A program made the translations under genes and the position numbers. From the NCBI GenBank assembly GCA_965248195.1, contig CBDFIQ010000002.1, positions 3,232,001 to 3,296,000 of the forward strand: a stretch of 64,000 nt of DNA. The letters run 5' to 3'. Numbering within the stretch: the first letter of the stretch is position 1; each line of letters opens with the position of its first letter. Shown one piece after another: positions 29,564-40,255 of the stretch. The notes beneath the pieces are model-generated. The model ran no database searches. It was not told the DNA's origin and saw only the letters and a program-made list of their open reading frames with translations. The DNA comes from Longimicrobiales bacterium. Its GTDB lineage: Bacteria; Gemmatimonadota; Gemmatimonadetes; Longimicrobiales; Gaopeijiaceae.

Positions 29564-31447
29564 GTGAGGCTCTACACTCGGGTCCTCTCGTACCTCCGTC
29601 CCCACCTCACCGCGCTCGCGGCGGCAGGTGGGGCGACGTTCGCCTTCGCCGCCCTCGACGCGTCGGCTTACGTGCTGCTCATCCCCTTTGTGGATGCTCT
29701 CTTCGGTGCCGCACCGACCGGAGGAAGTGGTACGGGTGAGGTAGATCCGATGTCCAGGCTCCTGAATGCTACGGTGTACCGAGTCGTGGATGTCCAGGGC
29801 GACGCCCTCCAGGCGGTCCAGGGAATCATCTTTCTCATCCTGGTCGTGTTTCTCCTCAAGAACGTTTTCGATTTCGCTCGGACCTATCTGGTGGCGTGGG
29901 TGGAGCAGTCCGTCACGAGGGACTTGCGGAACGAGGTCTACGACCACGTGCTAAAGCTCGACCTTTCCTTCTTCGGCCGGACACGGGTGGGACAGATTAC
30001 CTCCCGGCTCACCCACGACGTGGAGCAGATGCGTCGTCTGCTCACGACCGAGTTGGCGAGGCTTCTCTCGTCCGGTTTCGAGTTCGCCGTGGCGGTGGCC
30101 TTCATGCTGCTGCTGTCATGGAAGCTCACGCTCGCGGCCTTCGTGGTGATTCCCGGCACGATGGCGGTCTGGGGGCCATTGGTGAAGCGCCTCCGGCGGG
30201 GCGACCGGCGCGTCTTGGATCTGGCGGGCGACCTGAGCGCTCACATCCAGGAGACTCTGTCCGGAATTCGTGTGGTCAAATCCTCCTCCGCGGAGAACCT
30301 GGAGCGCGGGCGCTTCCGCTCGATCACTGGTGACTATCACAGGACATTCTTGAAGGCGGAGCGGCTACGGGCACTCGCGGGCCCCCTCACCGAGACGCTC
30401 GCGACGGTCGGCACCGTCGTCATCCTGTGGTACGGGGCGCGCCTGGTCGTGTCGGAGGGAGCGTTGAGCGGAGCCCAGTTCGTCGGGTTCGTCGCCCTCA
30501 GTCTCAAGCTCTACGCGCCGGTGAAGTACGGAGCGAAGTTTCCGGCGCTGGTTCAGCCAGGGCTCGCCGGCGCCGAGCGCGTCTTTGAATTCCTGGACAT
30601 TCCGGTGAGGATCAGGGATTGGCCCGGGGCCGCGGTCCTGAGAAATCCTACGGGCGCCATCGGATTCGAAGACGTCGCGTTCGAGTACAGAGCCGGAGAG
30701 CCCGTACTCCAAGACATCACGGTGGAGATTCCCGCCGGAAGCGTCGTCGCCCTGGTCGGACCGAGCGGCGCGGGCAAGACTACGCTCGCCGACCTCGTCG
30801 GGCGGTTCTACGACGTGACGTCCGGTCGGGTGACGGTGGATGAGGTGGATGTACGGGACTGGACGGTTTCGAGTTTGCGCGGAGCGATGGGCATCGTGCC
30901 CCAGGAAACCGTGCTCTTCCACGATACGATCGCCGCCAACATCGCGTATGGGGCCGAGTGCGCGACCGAGGAGGAAGTCCGCCGGGCGGCGCGCACAGCC
31001 AACGCGCACACTTTCATATCTACCTTGCCGGAGGGGTACGATATGGTGGTGGGGGAACGGGGTGCCCGCCTTTCGGGCGGCGAACGCCAGCGCATCGCCA
31101 TTGCGAGAGCGATCCTCTCAGACCGTCCCATCCTCATTCTCGACGAGGCCACTAGCGCCCTCGATACGGAGTCGGAGCGCCTCGTACAGGAGGCCGTCGG
31201 ACGCCTCATGGGCGGGCGCACGGTGCTGGTGATCGCTCACCGCCTGTCGACCGTGCGACGCGCCGATCTCATCCTCGTGCTGAGCGAGGGACGGATCGTA
31301 GAGCGGGGAGACCACGCGTCCCTGTTTGCGGCCGGTGGGCTGTATCGGCGTCTCTACGAGCTTCAGCATTCGAACTCGACCGAGGTCGAGCGCGCGACCG
31401 GCCCTGCGGGCCGCAGACCCGCCCTACGCGAGGCGGCCTCTTCGTGA
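29564..31447 (+). CDS. MsbA-like ABC transporter (TMD+NBD)
   Basis: GPSGAGKT, LSGGERQR, ILILDEATSALD; adjacent to lipid A acyltransferase. Confidence 0.92.
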   Translation: MRLYTRVLSYLRPHLTALAAAGGATFAFAALDASAYVLLIPFVDALFGAAPTGGSGTGEVDPMSRLLNATVYRVVDVQGDALQAVQGIIFLILVVFLLKNVFDFARTYLVAWVEQSVTRDLRNEVYDHVLKLDLSFFGRTRVGQITSRLTHDVEQMRRLLTTELARLLSSGFEFAVAVAFMLLLSWKLTLAAFVVIPGTMAVWGPLVKRLRRGDRRVLDLAGDLSAHIQETLSGIRVVKSSSAENLERGRFRSITGDYHRTFLKAERLRALAGPLTETLATVGTVVILWYGARLVVSEGALSGAQFVGFVALSLKLYAPVKYGAKFPALVQPGLAGAERVFEFLDIPVRIRDWPGAAVLRNPTGAIGFEDVAFEYRAGEPVLQDITVEIPAGSVVALVGPSGAGKTTLADLVGRFYDVTSGRVTVDEVDVRDWTVSSLRGAMGIVPQETVLFHDTIAANIAYGAECATEEEVRRAARTANAHTFISTLPEGYDMVVGERGARLSGGERQRIAIARAILSDRPILILDEATSALDTESERLVQEAVGRLMGGRTVLVIAHRLSTVRRADLILVLSEGRIVERGDHASLFAAGGLYRRLYELQHSNSTEVERATGPAGRRPALREAASS

Positions 31448-32349
31448 GCACGGTCCGGTATCGGATCGAGTTTTGGATCTTTCGAGCGCTTTCCTGGATT
31501 GTGATCGCGCTTCCTGAGCGAGCTGCGCTTGGCTTGTTCAGCCTACTCGGGTGGTTTGTCGGTGTGGTGGTAGGGGTCCGCCGCGTGGACACCCATCAGC
31601 ATCTCCAGATCGCATTTCCTGAACGGGATCCGGCCTGGCGGCGGCGGGTGGCGCGAGGCAGTTACATGCACCTCGCCCGGGAGGGGGCCATGACCATCCG
31701 TCTGTACCGAATGGCGCCGGAGGAGATCGTTCGGCGCACGGAGATCGTGGGTTTCGAAGCTCTGCGAGATGCCGCCACTGGGGGTAACGGCGCCGTCGTG
31801 ATTTCCGGGCATTTGGGCAATTGGGAGGTCGCTGCGGCCGCCGTAGCGGTAAGAGGTGTGCCGATGGACGTGGCGGCCCATCTTCAGAAGAATCCGTTGT
31901 TCTACCACCATATGGTTGAGCTTCGGGATCGTCTCGGCCTCACCGTCATCGTGAAGAACGAGGCGTTTCGTCTGGTTCCGCAGGCGCTCGCTGCGGGCCG
32001 GGTGGTCGCACTCATTTCCGATCAGAACATGCGGAAACGTGGAGTTTTCGTCGATTTTTTCGGAAGGGCTGCAGCCACCGCGAAGGGTCCCGCCTTGTTC
32101 GCCCTCCGCACCGGTGCCCCGGTCTTCTTGGGCGTCGCGGTCCGGAAGCAGGGTTACCCCTCCCGGTATCGTGTGATCATCGAACGCGTGCCAATCGGCG
32201 GCGGGGCACCCGATGCGGACCCGATCCGCGATTTGACCCAGCGGCACGTCTCCAGACTCGAGGCCCACATCCGCGAAGTGCCGAGCCAGTACTTTTGGCA
32301 ACATCGCCGGTGGAAGACGCGCCCGGAACCCTCCCTGGAACCACCCTGA
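31444..32349 (+). CDS. Lipid A late acyltransferase (LpxL/HtrB family)
   Basis: GHLGNWE, ISDQ, VDFFG, PSQYFWQHRRWK. Confidence 0.92.
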   Translation: MSTVRYRIEFWIFRALSWIVIALPERAALGLFSLLGWFVGVVVGVRRVDTHQHLQIAFPERDPAWRRRVARGSYMHLAREGAMTIRLYRMAPEEIVRRTEIVGFEALRDAATGGNGAVVISGHLGNWEVAAAAVAVRGVPMDVAAHLQKNPLFYHHMVELRDRLGLTVIVKNEAFRLVPQALAAGRVVALISDQNMRKRGVFVDFFGRAAATAKGPALFALRTGAPVFLGVAVRKQGYPSRYRVIIERVPIGGGAPDADPIRDLTQRHVSRLEAHIREVPSQYFWQHRRWKTRPEPSLEPP

Positions 32350-32420
32350 TTCGCGATCTGTATTAGATTTCCCGACTCTCCCGGAAATGGCCGGGTTTTT
32401 CTTCCGGATGGCGTCAACCA

Positions 32421-33173
32421 TTGATCTACGTCTGCATTCCTGCCCACAACGAAGAGCGAACCATCGGGGTTCTTCTTTGGAAGATCAGGAAAGTGATGCT
32501 CGAATTCGGGCGTGACTACGAGGTCCTGGTCCTCGATGATGCTTCCACCGACGGGACCTCCGACGCCCTGGGTCGGTACCGCCGTGTGCTTCCGCTATGC
32601 GTCCTCAAGGAAGAGAGCCGAATGGGATACGCCGGCGCGGTTCAACGTTTGCTCCGGGAGGCGCTAAAGCGCACGAGCTACCCTAAGAGAGACGCCGCGG
32701 TTTTGCTTCAAGCGGATTTCACGGAGAGCCCCGACTACATGGTTCCCTTGATCAAGGCAATGGAGGGTGGGGCCGACGTCGTGGCCGGTGTGGTCGATGT
32801 GAACGGGCGTCCCGCGCCGCGCGCCGTCCGTGTGGCCAGGCGGATGGCGCCATGGGTCCTCGGAAGGGCCTTTGGCGGCGCTCCGGTTTCCGATCCGTTA
32901 TCCGGATTTCGGGCGTACCGATTGATCGTGCTGAAGAAGGCGTTGGCGGAGTTCACGGGCCGACCGTTCTTGACGACCGATGGATGGGCGTCCAACGTAG
33001 AACTATTGGGTCTGGTTGCACCCCACGCGCGCCGGATCGTCGAGGCGCCCCTGACGCTGCGATACGATGTCGGGGGGCGCCCCTCCCGTCTGAGCGCGAT
33101 CCGAACCCTTCGGGGGCTCCTCCGTGTACGAAGGGAAAGATGGGAAGGGCCTGTAAGAGAAGGAAAACAGTAA
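32421..33173 (+). CDS. GT2 family glycosyltransferase
   Basis: IPAHNEE, LDDASTDGT, DPLSGFRAY; DxD appears as QAD. Confidence 0.85.
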   Translation: MIYVCIPAHNEERTIGVLLWKIRKVMLEFGRDYEVLVLDDASTDGTSDALGRYRRVLPLCVLKEESRMGYAGAVQRLLREALKRTSYPKRDAAVLLQADFTESPDYMVPLIKAMEGGADVVAGVVDVNGRPAPRAVRVARRMAPWVLGRAFGGAPVSDPLSGFRAYRLIVLKKALAEFTGRPFLTTDGWASNVELLGLVAPHARRIVEAPLTLRYDVGGRPSRLSAIRTLRGLLRVRRERWEGPVREGKQ

Positions 33174-34072
33174 TGCGACGGATACATGCGGCCACTCATG
33201 TGGCAATAATGCTGGGCCTCGTGACCCCCCAGGTGGGTGTCGCGCAGGCGCCCAGTGTGCCGTCCGCCGTACAGCTGGCCGACAACGATTTAGCGAGAAA
33301 CTCCGAGCCGAGCGACACCCCGGAGGCCCACCGCGCCGAGTCAGTCAGCCACGAGATCGATCCGTTCGCGGCGGTCGTTCCGTTCGGCCCTGGGGAGAGG
33401 CTCGAATACAAGGTCAAGCTCGGCATCTTCAATGCGGGCGAGGCACACATGGAAGTTGTGGGCATCGACTCGGTAAGGGGCGAGCCCGCCTACCACGTCG
33501 ACGTGGCCATGCGGGGGGCCACCCTGTTCGGAATTTTGAAGATGGACAGTCATTATGAGTCGTGGATCGACACGCAACTGATCATGAGTCGCCGGTATAT
33601 CTCGGACGTCAGCAATACCGGTCACAGCAGCTACCGCTCGTTCGAGTTTTATCCGGATGAGGGGTACTGGGACCAGACCGACGAGGGTGTGATCAGCGAG
33701 TTGGCCACGGCCCTTCCTTTGGACGACATCTCGTTTCTGTACTTCGTCCGGTCCATTCCGCTCGAGGTCGGACAGACTTACACGTATTCACGCTACTTCA
33801 AGAAGGACGGCAATCCCGTTGTCCTCGAGGTCGTGCGCCGGGACGTGCGGGAAGTGCCGGCCGGGACGTTCAACACGATCGTAGTGCGTCCGACCATCAA
33901 GACGAGCGGACTCTATGACGAGGGGGGGGACGCCGAGTTGCACTTCACCGATGACGAAAATCGGTACCTCGTGTACATGCGCATCGGTATGCCGGTCGTC
34001 GGGTCCATCACTCTGCACCTCGAGAATATCGTGCCGGGAACCCCTATTCACTCCGGGGCGGCTGCCTGGTAG
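33173..34072 (+). CDS. DUF3108-like exported beta-sheet protein
   Basis: ATG overlapping upstream TAA; signal peptide; PFGPGERLEY, DDISFLYFVR, VPAGTF. Confidence 0.75.
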   Translation: MRRIHAATHVAIMLGLVTPQVGVAQAPSVPSAVQLADNDLARNSEPSDTPEAHRAESVSHEIDPFAAVVPFGPGERLEYKVKLGIFNAGEAHMEVVGIDSVRGEPAYHVDVAMRGATLFGILKMDSHYESWIDTQLIMSRRYISDVSNTGHSSYRSFEFYPDEGYWDQTDEGVISELATALPLDDISFLYFVRSIPLEVGQTYTYSRYFKKDGNPVVLEVVRRDVREVPAGTFNTIVVRPTIKTSGLYDEGGDAELHFTDDENRYLVYMRIGMPVVGSITLHLENIVPGTPIHSGAAAW

Positions 34073-34108
34073 AACCGGGAGGGCTCTTCGCTCCCCGGTG
34101 GTGAGCAC

Positions 34109-34666
34109 GTGCGCCGGCGACTCGATCTGAGAAGACTTCGCCTGAGGGCTGTCTGGCTTCTCATCATTCCGTTTTACATCTATGCGTCCCCCACGACGAT
34201 TTTGATCTGGTCGGGTGCCGGCGTGAGCACTGCCGGCCTGGCACTCCGGGCTTGGGCGGCAGGTTCGATTCAAAAAGACCACGAATTGGCCACGACCGGA
34301 CCATATGCACACACGCGGAATCCGCTCTACCTGGGTAGCTTCATTCTCGGCGTTGGTGTGACGGTTGCGGGTGGGCAGTGGATGTTCGGTGTGGCTTTCC
34401 TGGCATTTTTCCTCGTGTTCTACCGGCCGGCGGTGCTTCGCGAGGCCGCTGAGTTGGAGGTGCGCTTCGGAGAGCGCTACCGAGTGTATGCAGCAAAGGT
34501 GCCCTCGGCGCTGCCACGGATCATCGCCTACCGCGGCGAGCGGACAGAATCGCCACCGGAAGGCTTTTCCCGAGCCCGCTATCTGCGGAACCGGGAATGG
34601 GAGGCGGCGCTCGGAGCGGCTGCGGCATTCGGCGTGCTGGCCTTGAAGCTGAAACTTTGGCCTTGA
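34109..34666 (+). CDS. Isoprenylcysteine carboxyl methyltransferase / PEMT family membrane protein
   Basis: LATTGPYAHTRNPLYLG, RFGERYRVY. Confidence 0.88.
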   Translation: MRRRLDLRRLRLRAVWLLIIPFYIYASPTTILIWSGAGVSTAGLALRAWAAGSIQKDHELATTGPYAHTRNPLYLGSFILGVGVTVAGGQWMFGVAFLAFFLVFYRPAVLREAAELEVRFGERYRVYAAKVPSALPRIIAYRGERTESPPEGFSRARYLRNREWEAALGAAAAFGVLALKLKLWP

Positions 34667-34706
34667 AGCTGAGGCTCCGGCTCCGACGACGAAGCCGACG
34701 AGGGAA

Positions 34707-35162
34707 CTATCCGATCCCGACTTGGCGTTGCAGCCACCGTATGTAGCCCACGATCTCCAGGACCATCGCGTCTGTCACGTCGGGGAGGGGCGCCATGTCC
34801 CCGAATCGCCAGTGATGGGCCCGCACGCCGTTTCGTGCGGCGAGAATGAAGGCCGCATCCGCGTGGTGGTTCGGTTCATAGATGATGTGCACGAGGGGCG
34901 GACCCTGGGTGGTACCGTCACCGGCCGGTCCATGACAGACGCTGCAGTTCTGCTCGAACAGTGCCTTGCCCTGCGTCACTTCGGGTGGGGACGTCGCCGC
35001 GATTTCACGGAGTAAGACCTCGTCGGCTGGGGCGGGCACCGACTGCGGCTCGGGTTCCGACGTGCAGGCCGTGCCCGTGAGGGAGAAAAGGAGGGCCGCT
35101 CCAACGGTCCAGAACCCGGGTATTTTGTGGGTGGTCACGTTTGCTCCGCGTGATTGGGGCAT
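34707..35162 (-). CDS. Monoheme cytochrome c lipoprotein
   Basis: Lipobox TGTAC, CSVCH, GPPLVH, HHWRFGDM. Confidence 0.88.
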   Translation of the reverse strand: MPQSRGANVTTHKIPGFWTVGAALLFSLTGTACTSEPEPQSVPAPADEVLLREIAATSPPEVTQGKALFEQNCSVCHGPAGDGTTQGPPLVHIIYEPNHHADAAFILAARNGVRAHHWRFGDMAPLPDVTDAMVLEIVGYIRWLQRQVGIG

Positions 35163-35197
35163 GGCGTTAGAAGGCTGCCTTCAACAGCCTTCTGGAG

Positions 35198-36244
35198 TCA
35201 CAGATAGCTACGGACGGCCAGGTCCACCTTCTCGAGGACCATTTCGACCGTGACTCGTTTCATGCCGTCTCTATGCTCGGTGGAAATCCGATATTCCTCG
35301 CCTGGAAACTCTGCATAACCGTCGACCCAGAGGTCGTAGTAACGGCGGTAGGGTCCCGTGCGTTTCGGATTCGTGTACCCGTAGATACCGACGACGGGCG
35401 TCTCGAGGGCCCTACTGATATGTAAAGGTCCAGTGTCGGGGCTTACAGTCAAGGCGCTGCCGTCGAGGAGATAGACGAGGCGGCGCAGATCGTCCCCGAG
35501 GGCGTCGACGGGATGGGCCTTCGTCAAGCTGAGAATCTCGTCCGCCATCTGGCGTTCGGGCTGGGAAGGTCCACCGACGAGAATGGGTTGGAGTCCATGC
35601 GTCGACTCGATCTCCTCAAGAACTCGTGCGTATCCCTCGGCCGTCCAGTTTTTCCTGGGGTTGGTGGTGCCCACCACGACACAACAGGCGGGTTTGTCAA
35701 ATTCGGAGAAGAACGATCCTTGGGCCTCACGTTCCTGGTCCGTGATGGGGATGCCCCACTCCACCGGCTCGGGATCGACGCCCAGGTGGTGCAGGAACTC
35801 GAAATACTGCTCCTGCACGTGTTGGGGAGAGTGGTGAGGAATACGCTCATTTGTGAAGAGCCAGTTGCCGTCGCGCGCGCGCGCATGGTCGAAGCCCAGC
35901 TTTCTTTTCGCCGGGAGCATACCCACGATGATACCGGCCTTGAGATAGACCTGGAGCGCCAGGGCGAGATCGAAGCGCTGCCCTCGTAGGTGGTGAGCGA
36001 CGTCGGCGAAGTTGATCCAGGATCGTAATCCCCGACACCTCCTCCCGTACTCGATCAACTCGTCAATGGCGGGGTGTCCCTCGACGAGCGACTTGGGAGT
36101 GCGTTGGATGATCCAGGAAATCCGAACGTCCGGCCAGGCGCGCTTCAGCGCGTTTGCCACCGGGAGCACGTGGACCGTGTCACCGATGGCGCTCAACATC
36201 ACGATGCACACGCTGCGGACGGGGCCGTTTTCCAAGGGCGTCAT
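35198..36244 (-). CDS. GT9 family LPS heptosyltransferase
   Basis: LSAIGDTVH, PDTGPLHI, YGYTNP. Confidence 0.92.
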   Translation of the reverse strand: MTPLENGPVRSVCIVMLSAIGDTVHVLPVANALKRAWPDVRISWIIQRTPKSLVEGHPAIDELIEYGRRCRGLRSWINFADVAHHLRGQRFDLALALQVYLKAGIIVGMLPAKRKLGFDHARARDGNWLFTNERIPHHSPQHVQEQYFEFLHHLGVDPEPVEWGIPITDQEREAQGSFFSEFDKPACCVVVGTTNPRKNWTAEGYARVLEEIESTHGLQPILVGGPSQPERQMADEILSLTKAHPVDALGDDLRRLVYLLDGSALTVSPDTGPLHISRALETPVVGIYGYTNPKRTGPYRRYYDLWVDGYAEFPGEEYRISTEHRDGMKRVTVEMVLEKVDLAVRSYL

Positions 36245-37059
36245 AGTGCCTTCGCTTCGCCGAGCAAACACATTATCTCGTCGGTAGTCAGGTGCCCCTC
36301 TCCGTCATTCTGGGACCGCGGGCGCATGCGTTCGAGCTTTCGGATCGAACGGGCAAGCCGACGCCGAAGCCCTCCGGGATCGACGGGGCTGCCCCGTCCC
36401 GCCACCTTGCACCCGTCCAGGTCGAGCAGAATAGCATGGACCTGCTGCGCGTCTCGTGCAATAAGGACGTTCTCGGCGTTCAGGTCCCGGTGATGCACGC
36501 CCGCCTTCGACAAGCGCGTGATCAAGTTGGCGGTGCAGGCCAAGGCCTCTCGGCGGGCGTCTCCCGTGGTCCGTCCACCCGATGGGTCCTTCTTCCCGAA
36601 AAGCACATCAGCGAGGGTCCGCGCGTGAGGCACGAACTCGGTGACCAAGTCGGCCCGGTAAAGAAGGCCGCTGGGATATACCGCTGCAGCCACGATTCGG
36701 GGTGTGGAGAAGCCCAACTCCTCAATCCGGGTGCTGTTCTCCACCTCGACGAAGCTCCGAGGCCTCCCCCCCCGAAAGAGGCGATCGCCGAAGGCCCTCA
36801 TAAACCCACCGCGGAAGTACCGTCGAACTACCCATGGTGGCCCGACGCCTTCCGGATTCGTCAGGACCAGAACCGGCCCTCTCCCGTAGAGCGTCTGGTT
36901 GGCCGCGACGCGTGCGGCCGAGTAGAGGGACCCGTAATCCAAGACCGCCTGGCGACTCCAGCATAACGCTTCCGTCCGTGCGAGAATCTGGGCTTTCCTT
37001 ACCTTGATCCGCTCAAAGCCTCGAGGCGATGGTCGCTCCGCATTTGTGCCTCTCATCAT
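36241..37059 (-). CDS. Kdo/LPS kinase (KdkA-like)
   Basis: VVRRYFRGG, YRADLVTE, HRDLNAENVL, LARSIRK. Confidence 0.88.
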   Translation of the reverse strand: MMRGTNAERPSPRGFERIKVRKAQILARTEALCWSRQAVLDYGSLYSAARVAANQTLYGRGPVLVLTNPEGVGPPWVVRRYFRGGFMRAFGDRLFRGGRPRSFVEVENSTRIEELGFSTPRIVAAAVYPSGLLYRADLVTEFVPHARTLADVLFGKKDPSGGRTTGDARREALACTANLITRLSKAGVHHRDLNAENVLIARDAQQVHAILLDLDGCKVAGRGSPVDPGGLRRRLARSIRKLERMRPRSQNDGEGHLTTDEIMCLLGEAKAL

Positions 37060-38114
37060 CGGTGCCCAACTCCGTATCGCTCGCGGGCCACGCGGACACG
37101 CTCCAACACGTCAGTCACCGCAATTTCAGGCATGCGTCCATGGCGGGGTGCATAGCGGGCCGGGCTGCCGGCCTCACCCCGATCCGTGTACCGATCCACG
37201 ATCAGGTCGTGGTACTTTTCGTAGGGCCCGACCCGCCATGGGTTGGTATGGCCGAAGAGACCGATCACGGGAGTGCCCATCGCGTGCGCGATATGGAGGG
37301 CTGCGGTGTCTGGGCTTATGACGAGATCACACCCGCGGATGCTCCAGATCAGTTGCCTAACGGAGCTGGACAAGGCCGACCTCGCGGCGACTCTCTCATC
37401 ATCCAGAACGGCCCGCTCGGTCATGCGCTCCGCCTCCCCCGGCCCGCCCAAAAGAACCACGGCGAATCCGAACTCGGCTTCCAGGGCGAATGTGAGCGAC
37501 ACGTACCGGTCTGTTGGCCAATCCTTTGCCGTGTGGGCCGTGCCCAACGCCAGCCCCACGATCGTCTCACCCTTCGAGGGCGAGAAAAAAATCTCGGCTG
37601 CCGACTCTTCCTCGTCCGAGAGGGTGATCTCCCACGCCAGCGGGTCCGGTCTGGCGACGCCCACGACATCCAGGAACTCCAAGAAAAGATCCTGCGTGTG
37701 CCGCCACTCCCCTCCCCGTGTGTACTCGGTGTTGACGAGCCAGACCCCGTCCCGTGTCCTTGAGGGCGCGAGGCCCACTCGCACCGGGGCACCGGAGAGG
37801 TATGCCGGGAAGATGCTCTTGGCGTACCGCTGCATGTTCAGTGTCAGATCGCAGGAGGGTCCGGTGCGAAAGGATCTCCAAAGATCGTATACCCCCCGGA
37901 GACCTTTCTCCGGCCGGAAGACGATGACCTCGTCCACCGCCGGGTGATGATTGAGGACCTGTGCGGGTACGGGCTGTGCCACCCAGACGATCTTCCGGGA
38001 GGGCCTGTCCCGCTTGAGCGCCACGGCGACCGGTAAGCCGTGCACCACGTCCCCGATGCCTGAAAGCAGGACGATGCATACGCGGTCGCCTCGGATGGTT
38101 TGGGCATGGATCAC
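37056..38114 (-). CDS. GT9 family LPS heptosyltransferase (paralog of 35198..36244)
   Basis: LSGIGDVVH, PDTAALHI, FGHTNP. Confidence 0.92.
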   Translation of the reverse strand: MIHAQTIRGDRVCIVLLSGIGDVVHGLPVAVALKRDRPSRKIVWVAQPVPAQVLNHHPAVDEVIVFRPEKGLRGVYDLWRSFRTGPSCDLTLNMQRYAKSIFPAYLSGAPVRVGLAPSRTRDGVWLVNTEYTRGGEWRHTQDLFLEFLDVVGVARPDPLAWEITLSDEEESAAEIFFSPSKGETIVGLALGTAHTAKDWPTDRYVSLTFALEAEFGFAVVLLGGPGEAERMTERAVLDDERVAARSALSSSVRQLIWSIRGCDLVISPDTAALHIAHAMGTPVIGLFGHTNPWRVGPYEKYHDLIVDRYTDRGEAGSPARYAPRHGRMPEIAVTDVLERVRVARERYGVGHR

Positions 38115-38524
38115 GTTTCGGAATTCCCAGGCGGCGCCAGCTCCATGAGGAAAAGGGACGGGCCTTCATAATCTCGGCCCTTTATCCGGATCCCAAAACG
38201 GTACACCCCGGGTTCGGGAAAAATGACCCCCCGAAGGGGCATGACGATCTGAGTTCGTGCGGGAGGGCGGTCCGGGTCACGCCGGTCCACGTCCGAGTGT
38301 CCCTGGATGGTCATGGTGGATTGGCCCGATGGCCCGGTCAGATCCACCTCGAAGTCGTAGTGGCCTACGTCGTCTCGGCTCCACTCCACGGCCATGACCA
38401 GCACCATGTCGTGCTGGGCTGGAAAAGCCGGGGCGGCGAGATCGTTGAAGACTCCTCGAATGTCGAGTTTACCGTCGCCGGTTTGCTCGGCGTGGTCACA
38501 GACGAGGGCCAGTTGCAGTTGCAT
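38111..38524 (-). CDS. Hypothetical Ig-like protein (DUF6941-like)
   Basis: LALVCDHA...GKLDIRGVF...FPEPGVYRF; family name from recall. Confidence 0.65.
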   Translation of the reverse strand: MQLQLALVCDHAEQTGDGKLDIRGVFNDLAAPAFPAQHDMVLVMAVEWSRDDVGHYDFEVDLTGPSGQSTMTIQGHSDVDRRDPDRPPARTQIVMPLRGVIFPEPGVYRFGIRIKGRDYEGPSLFLMELAPPGNSET

Positions 38525-38556
38525 AGGCGCTAGAAGGCTGTTGAAAAATTTCTCGG

Positions 38557-40164
38557 TCAGAGGTCCTCGGCGGAGCCCCATCCTCCTCCGCCCGGCGAAC
38601 GAATGCTGATGACATCGCCGATCTGTGCGGAGAACGTAACCTTCGCCGGAAGCGGCTCTTCAAGACCGTCCCGGATGAGGACGTTTTGGCCGGGGCTCCC
38701 GTCATGCCCGCCGCGTCTACCCGGGGGCCGTCGGTTTCTGCGTTCGGAGAGCAGCGTTACGGTTCCCTCGCACAGTAGCTGCAAGTCTCTGCGGAGACCG
38801 TCTCCTCCCCGGTGAAATCCGGCACCCCCACTCTTGCGTCTCAACGAATACCGGGTGATCCGGAAGGGATAGGCGTGTTCGAGGGCCTCGATCGGCGTGT
38901 TCAGGGAGTTCGACATATGGGTGTGCACACCGGAAAGTCCATGCCCGGTCGGACCCGCACCCATCCCCCCCCCAACGGTTTCGTAGTAGGCAAAATTGGC
39001 TCCATTCCTGGGATCCACACCCCCAACGGTGGTGTTGTTCATCGTGCCCTGGGAGAGTGCCGGCATGAGGTCCGGAAGAGCGCTTGCGAACGCGCGGAAG
39101 AGGACGTCGGTGATCCGCTGGCTCGTCTCGACGTTTCCCGCTGCAACGCTCGCGGGGGGGCTGGCGTTCACGACCGAGTGTTCCGGAAGGATCAGCCGGA
39201 CCATCGACATGGAGCCGCCGCCCGCCGGGAGCGTCTCGCCTAGGAGCGCCTCCACGACGCAGCGCACGGTGTACCTCGCGGCGGAGTCGGTGATGGCGCT
39301 CACCGCGTTGATTCCTCCCTTCACTTGAGGGCCGCTCCCCGTGAAGTCGATGTCTAAACCGTCGTGGCGCCGGACGAGCCTCACGCGGATCGGGATGTCC
39401 ACGGTCCCGAATCCGTCGTCTTCCATGAAATCCTCGGCGTCATACTCACCGGGCTCGATGTGGGCCAGGCCCGCCGCCACGAGTCGGTCCGCGTATTCGA
39501 TCAGTGCGTCCATCGCCGCCTGGGTCGCCTGGGTGCCTCTGCGTTTGACGATCTCCAACAGCCGAGACGCGCCGGTGTGAAGAGCGGCCAGCTGGGCGTC
39601 GAGGTCACCGCTTCGTTCGATCGGGGTTCGGACGTTTGCCAATATGAGGCTCCACACGCCCTCCTGCCGCACCCCCTCCCTGTAGAGATAGATGGGCGGG
39701 ATACGGAGCCCCTCCTGATAGATCTCCTGGGCCAGCGGCATCGATCCCGGGCTCATACCCCCGACATCCGAGTGATGCGCCCTCGACGCCACATAACCAA
39801 GCGGTGTGCCGCGGTCCGGGTCGTGGACCGGGGAAATCAGGGTGATGTCAGGCAGATGGGTACCGCCCCGGAAGGGGTCGTTCAGGCAGACCACGTCCCC
39901 GGGGTCGAGCGGGCCGAGCTCCCCGAGGGCAGACTTCACGCTCCTCGGCATTGCCCCCAGGTGGACCGGCATGTGGTCCCCTAGCGCAATGGGCGCACCC
40001 CTCGCGGAAAAGAGCGCGCACGAGTAGTCTCGACGTTCCTTGATGTTGGGTGAAAAGGACGCTCGCCGGAGTGCGGCACCCATCTCTTCGGTTAGTGCCG
40101 TAAAGAGGTGGCGAAACACTTCGAGGACTATGGCGTCGGGCTCACGCTGTGGTTGGCCGACCAT
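38557..40164 (-). CDS. Hydantoinase B / oxoprolinase family protein
   Basis: SPNIKERRDYSCA, PVHLG, NDPFRGGTHLPD, HHSDVGG, SPGGGGWG. Confidence 0.95.
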   Translation of the reverse strand: MVGQPQREPDAIVLEVFRHLFTALTEEMGAALRRASFSPNIKERRDYSCALFSARGAPIALGDHMPVHLGAMPRSVKSALGELGPLDPGDVVCLNDPFRGGTHLPDITLISPVHDPDRGTPLGYVASRAHHSDVGGMSPGSMPLAQEIYQEGLRIPPIYLYREGVRQEGVWSLILANVRTPIERSGDLDAQLAALHTGASRLLEIVKRRGTQATQAAMDALIEYADRLVAAGLAHIEPGEYDAEDFMEDDGFGTVDIPIRVRLVRRHDGLDIDFTGSGPQVKGGINAVSAITDSAARYTVRCVVEALLGETLPAGGGSMSMVRLILPEHSVVNASPPASVAAGNVETSQRITDVLFRAFASALPDLMPALSQGTMNNTTVGGVDPRNGANFAYYETVGGGMGAGPTGHGLSGVHTHMSNSLNTPIEALEHAYPFRITRYSLRRKSGGAGFHRGGDGLRRDLQLLCEGTVTLLSERRNRRPPGRRGGHDGSPGQNVLIRDGLEEPLPAKVTFSAQIGDVISIRSPGGGGWGSAEDL

Positions 40165-40255
40165 CGAGCATGGGTTAGGTTGAATGGCTAGATTATCGTC
40201 GCATACATCTGAATCCGATATTCTATCCGTTCATGAGGAATTCAGGGAGGTGTCA

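Noticed and set aside
34644..34671. Short direct repeat GGCCTTGAAGCTGA around the PEMT gene stop
   Set aside because: Two-copy local duplication of about 14 bp with no evident function
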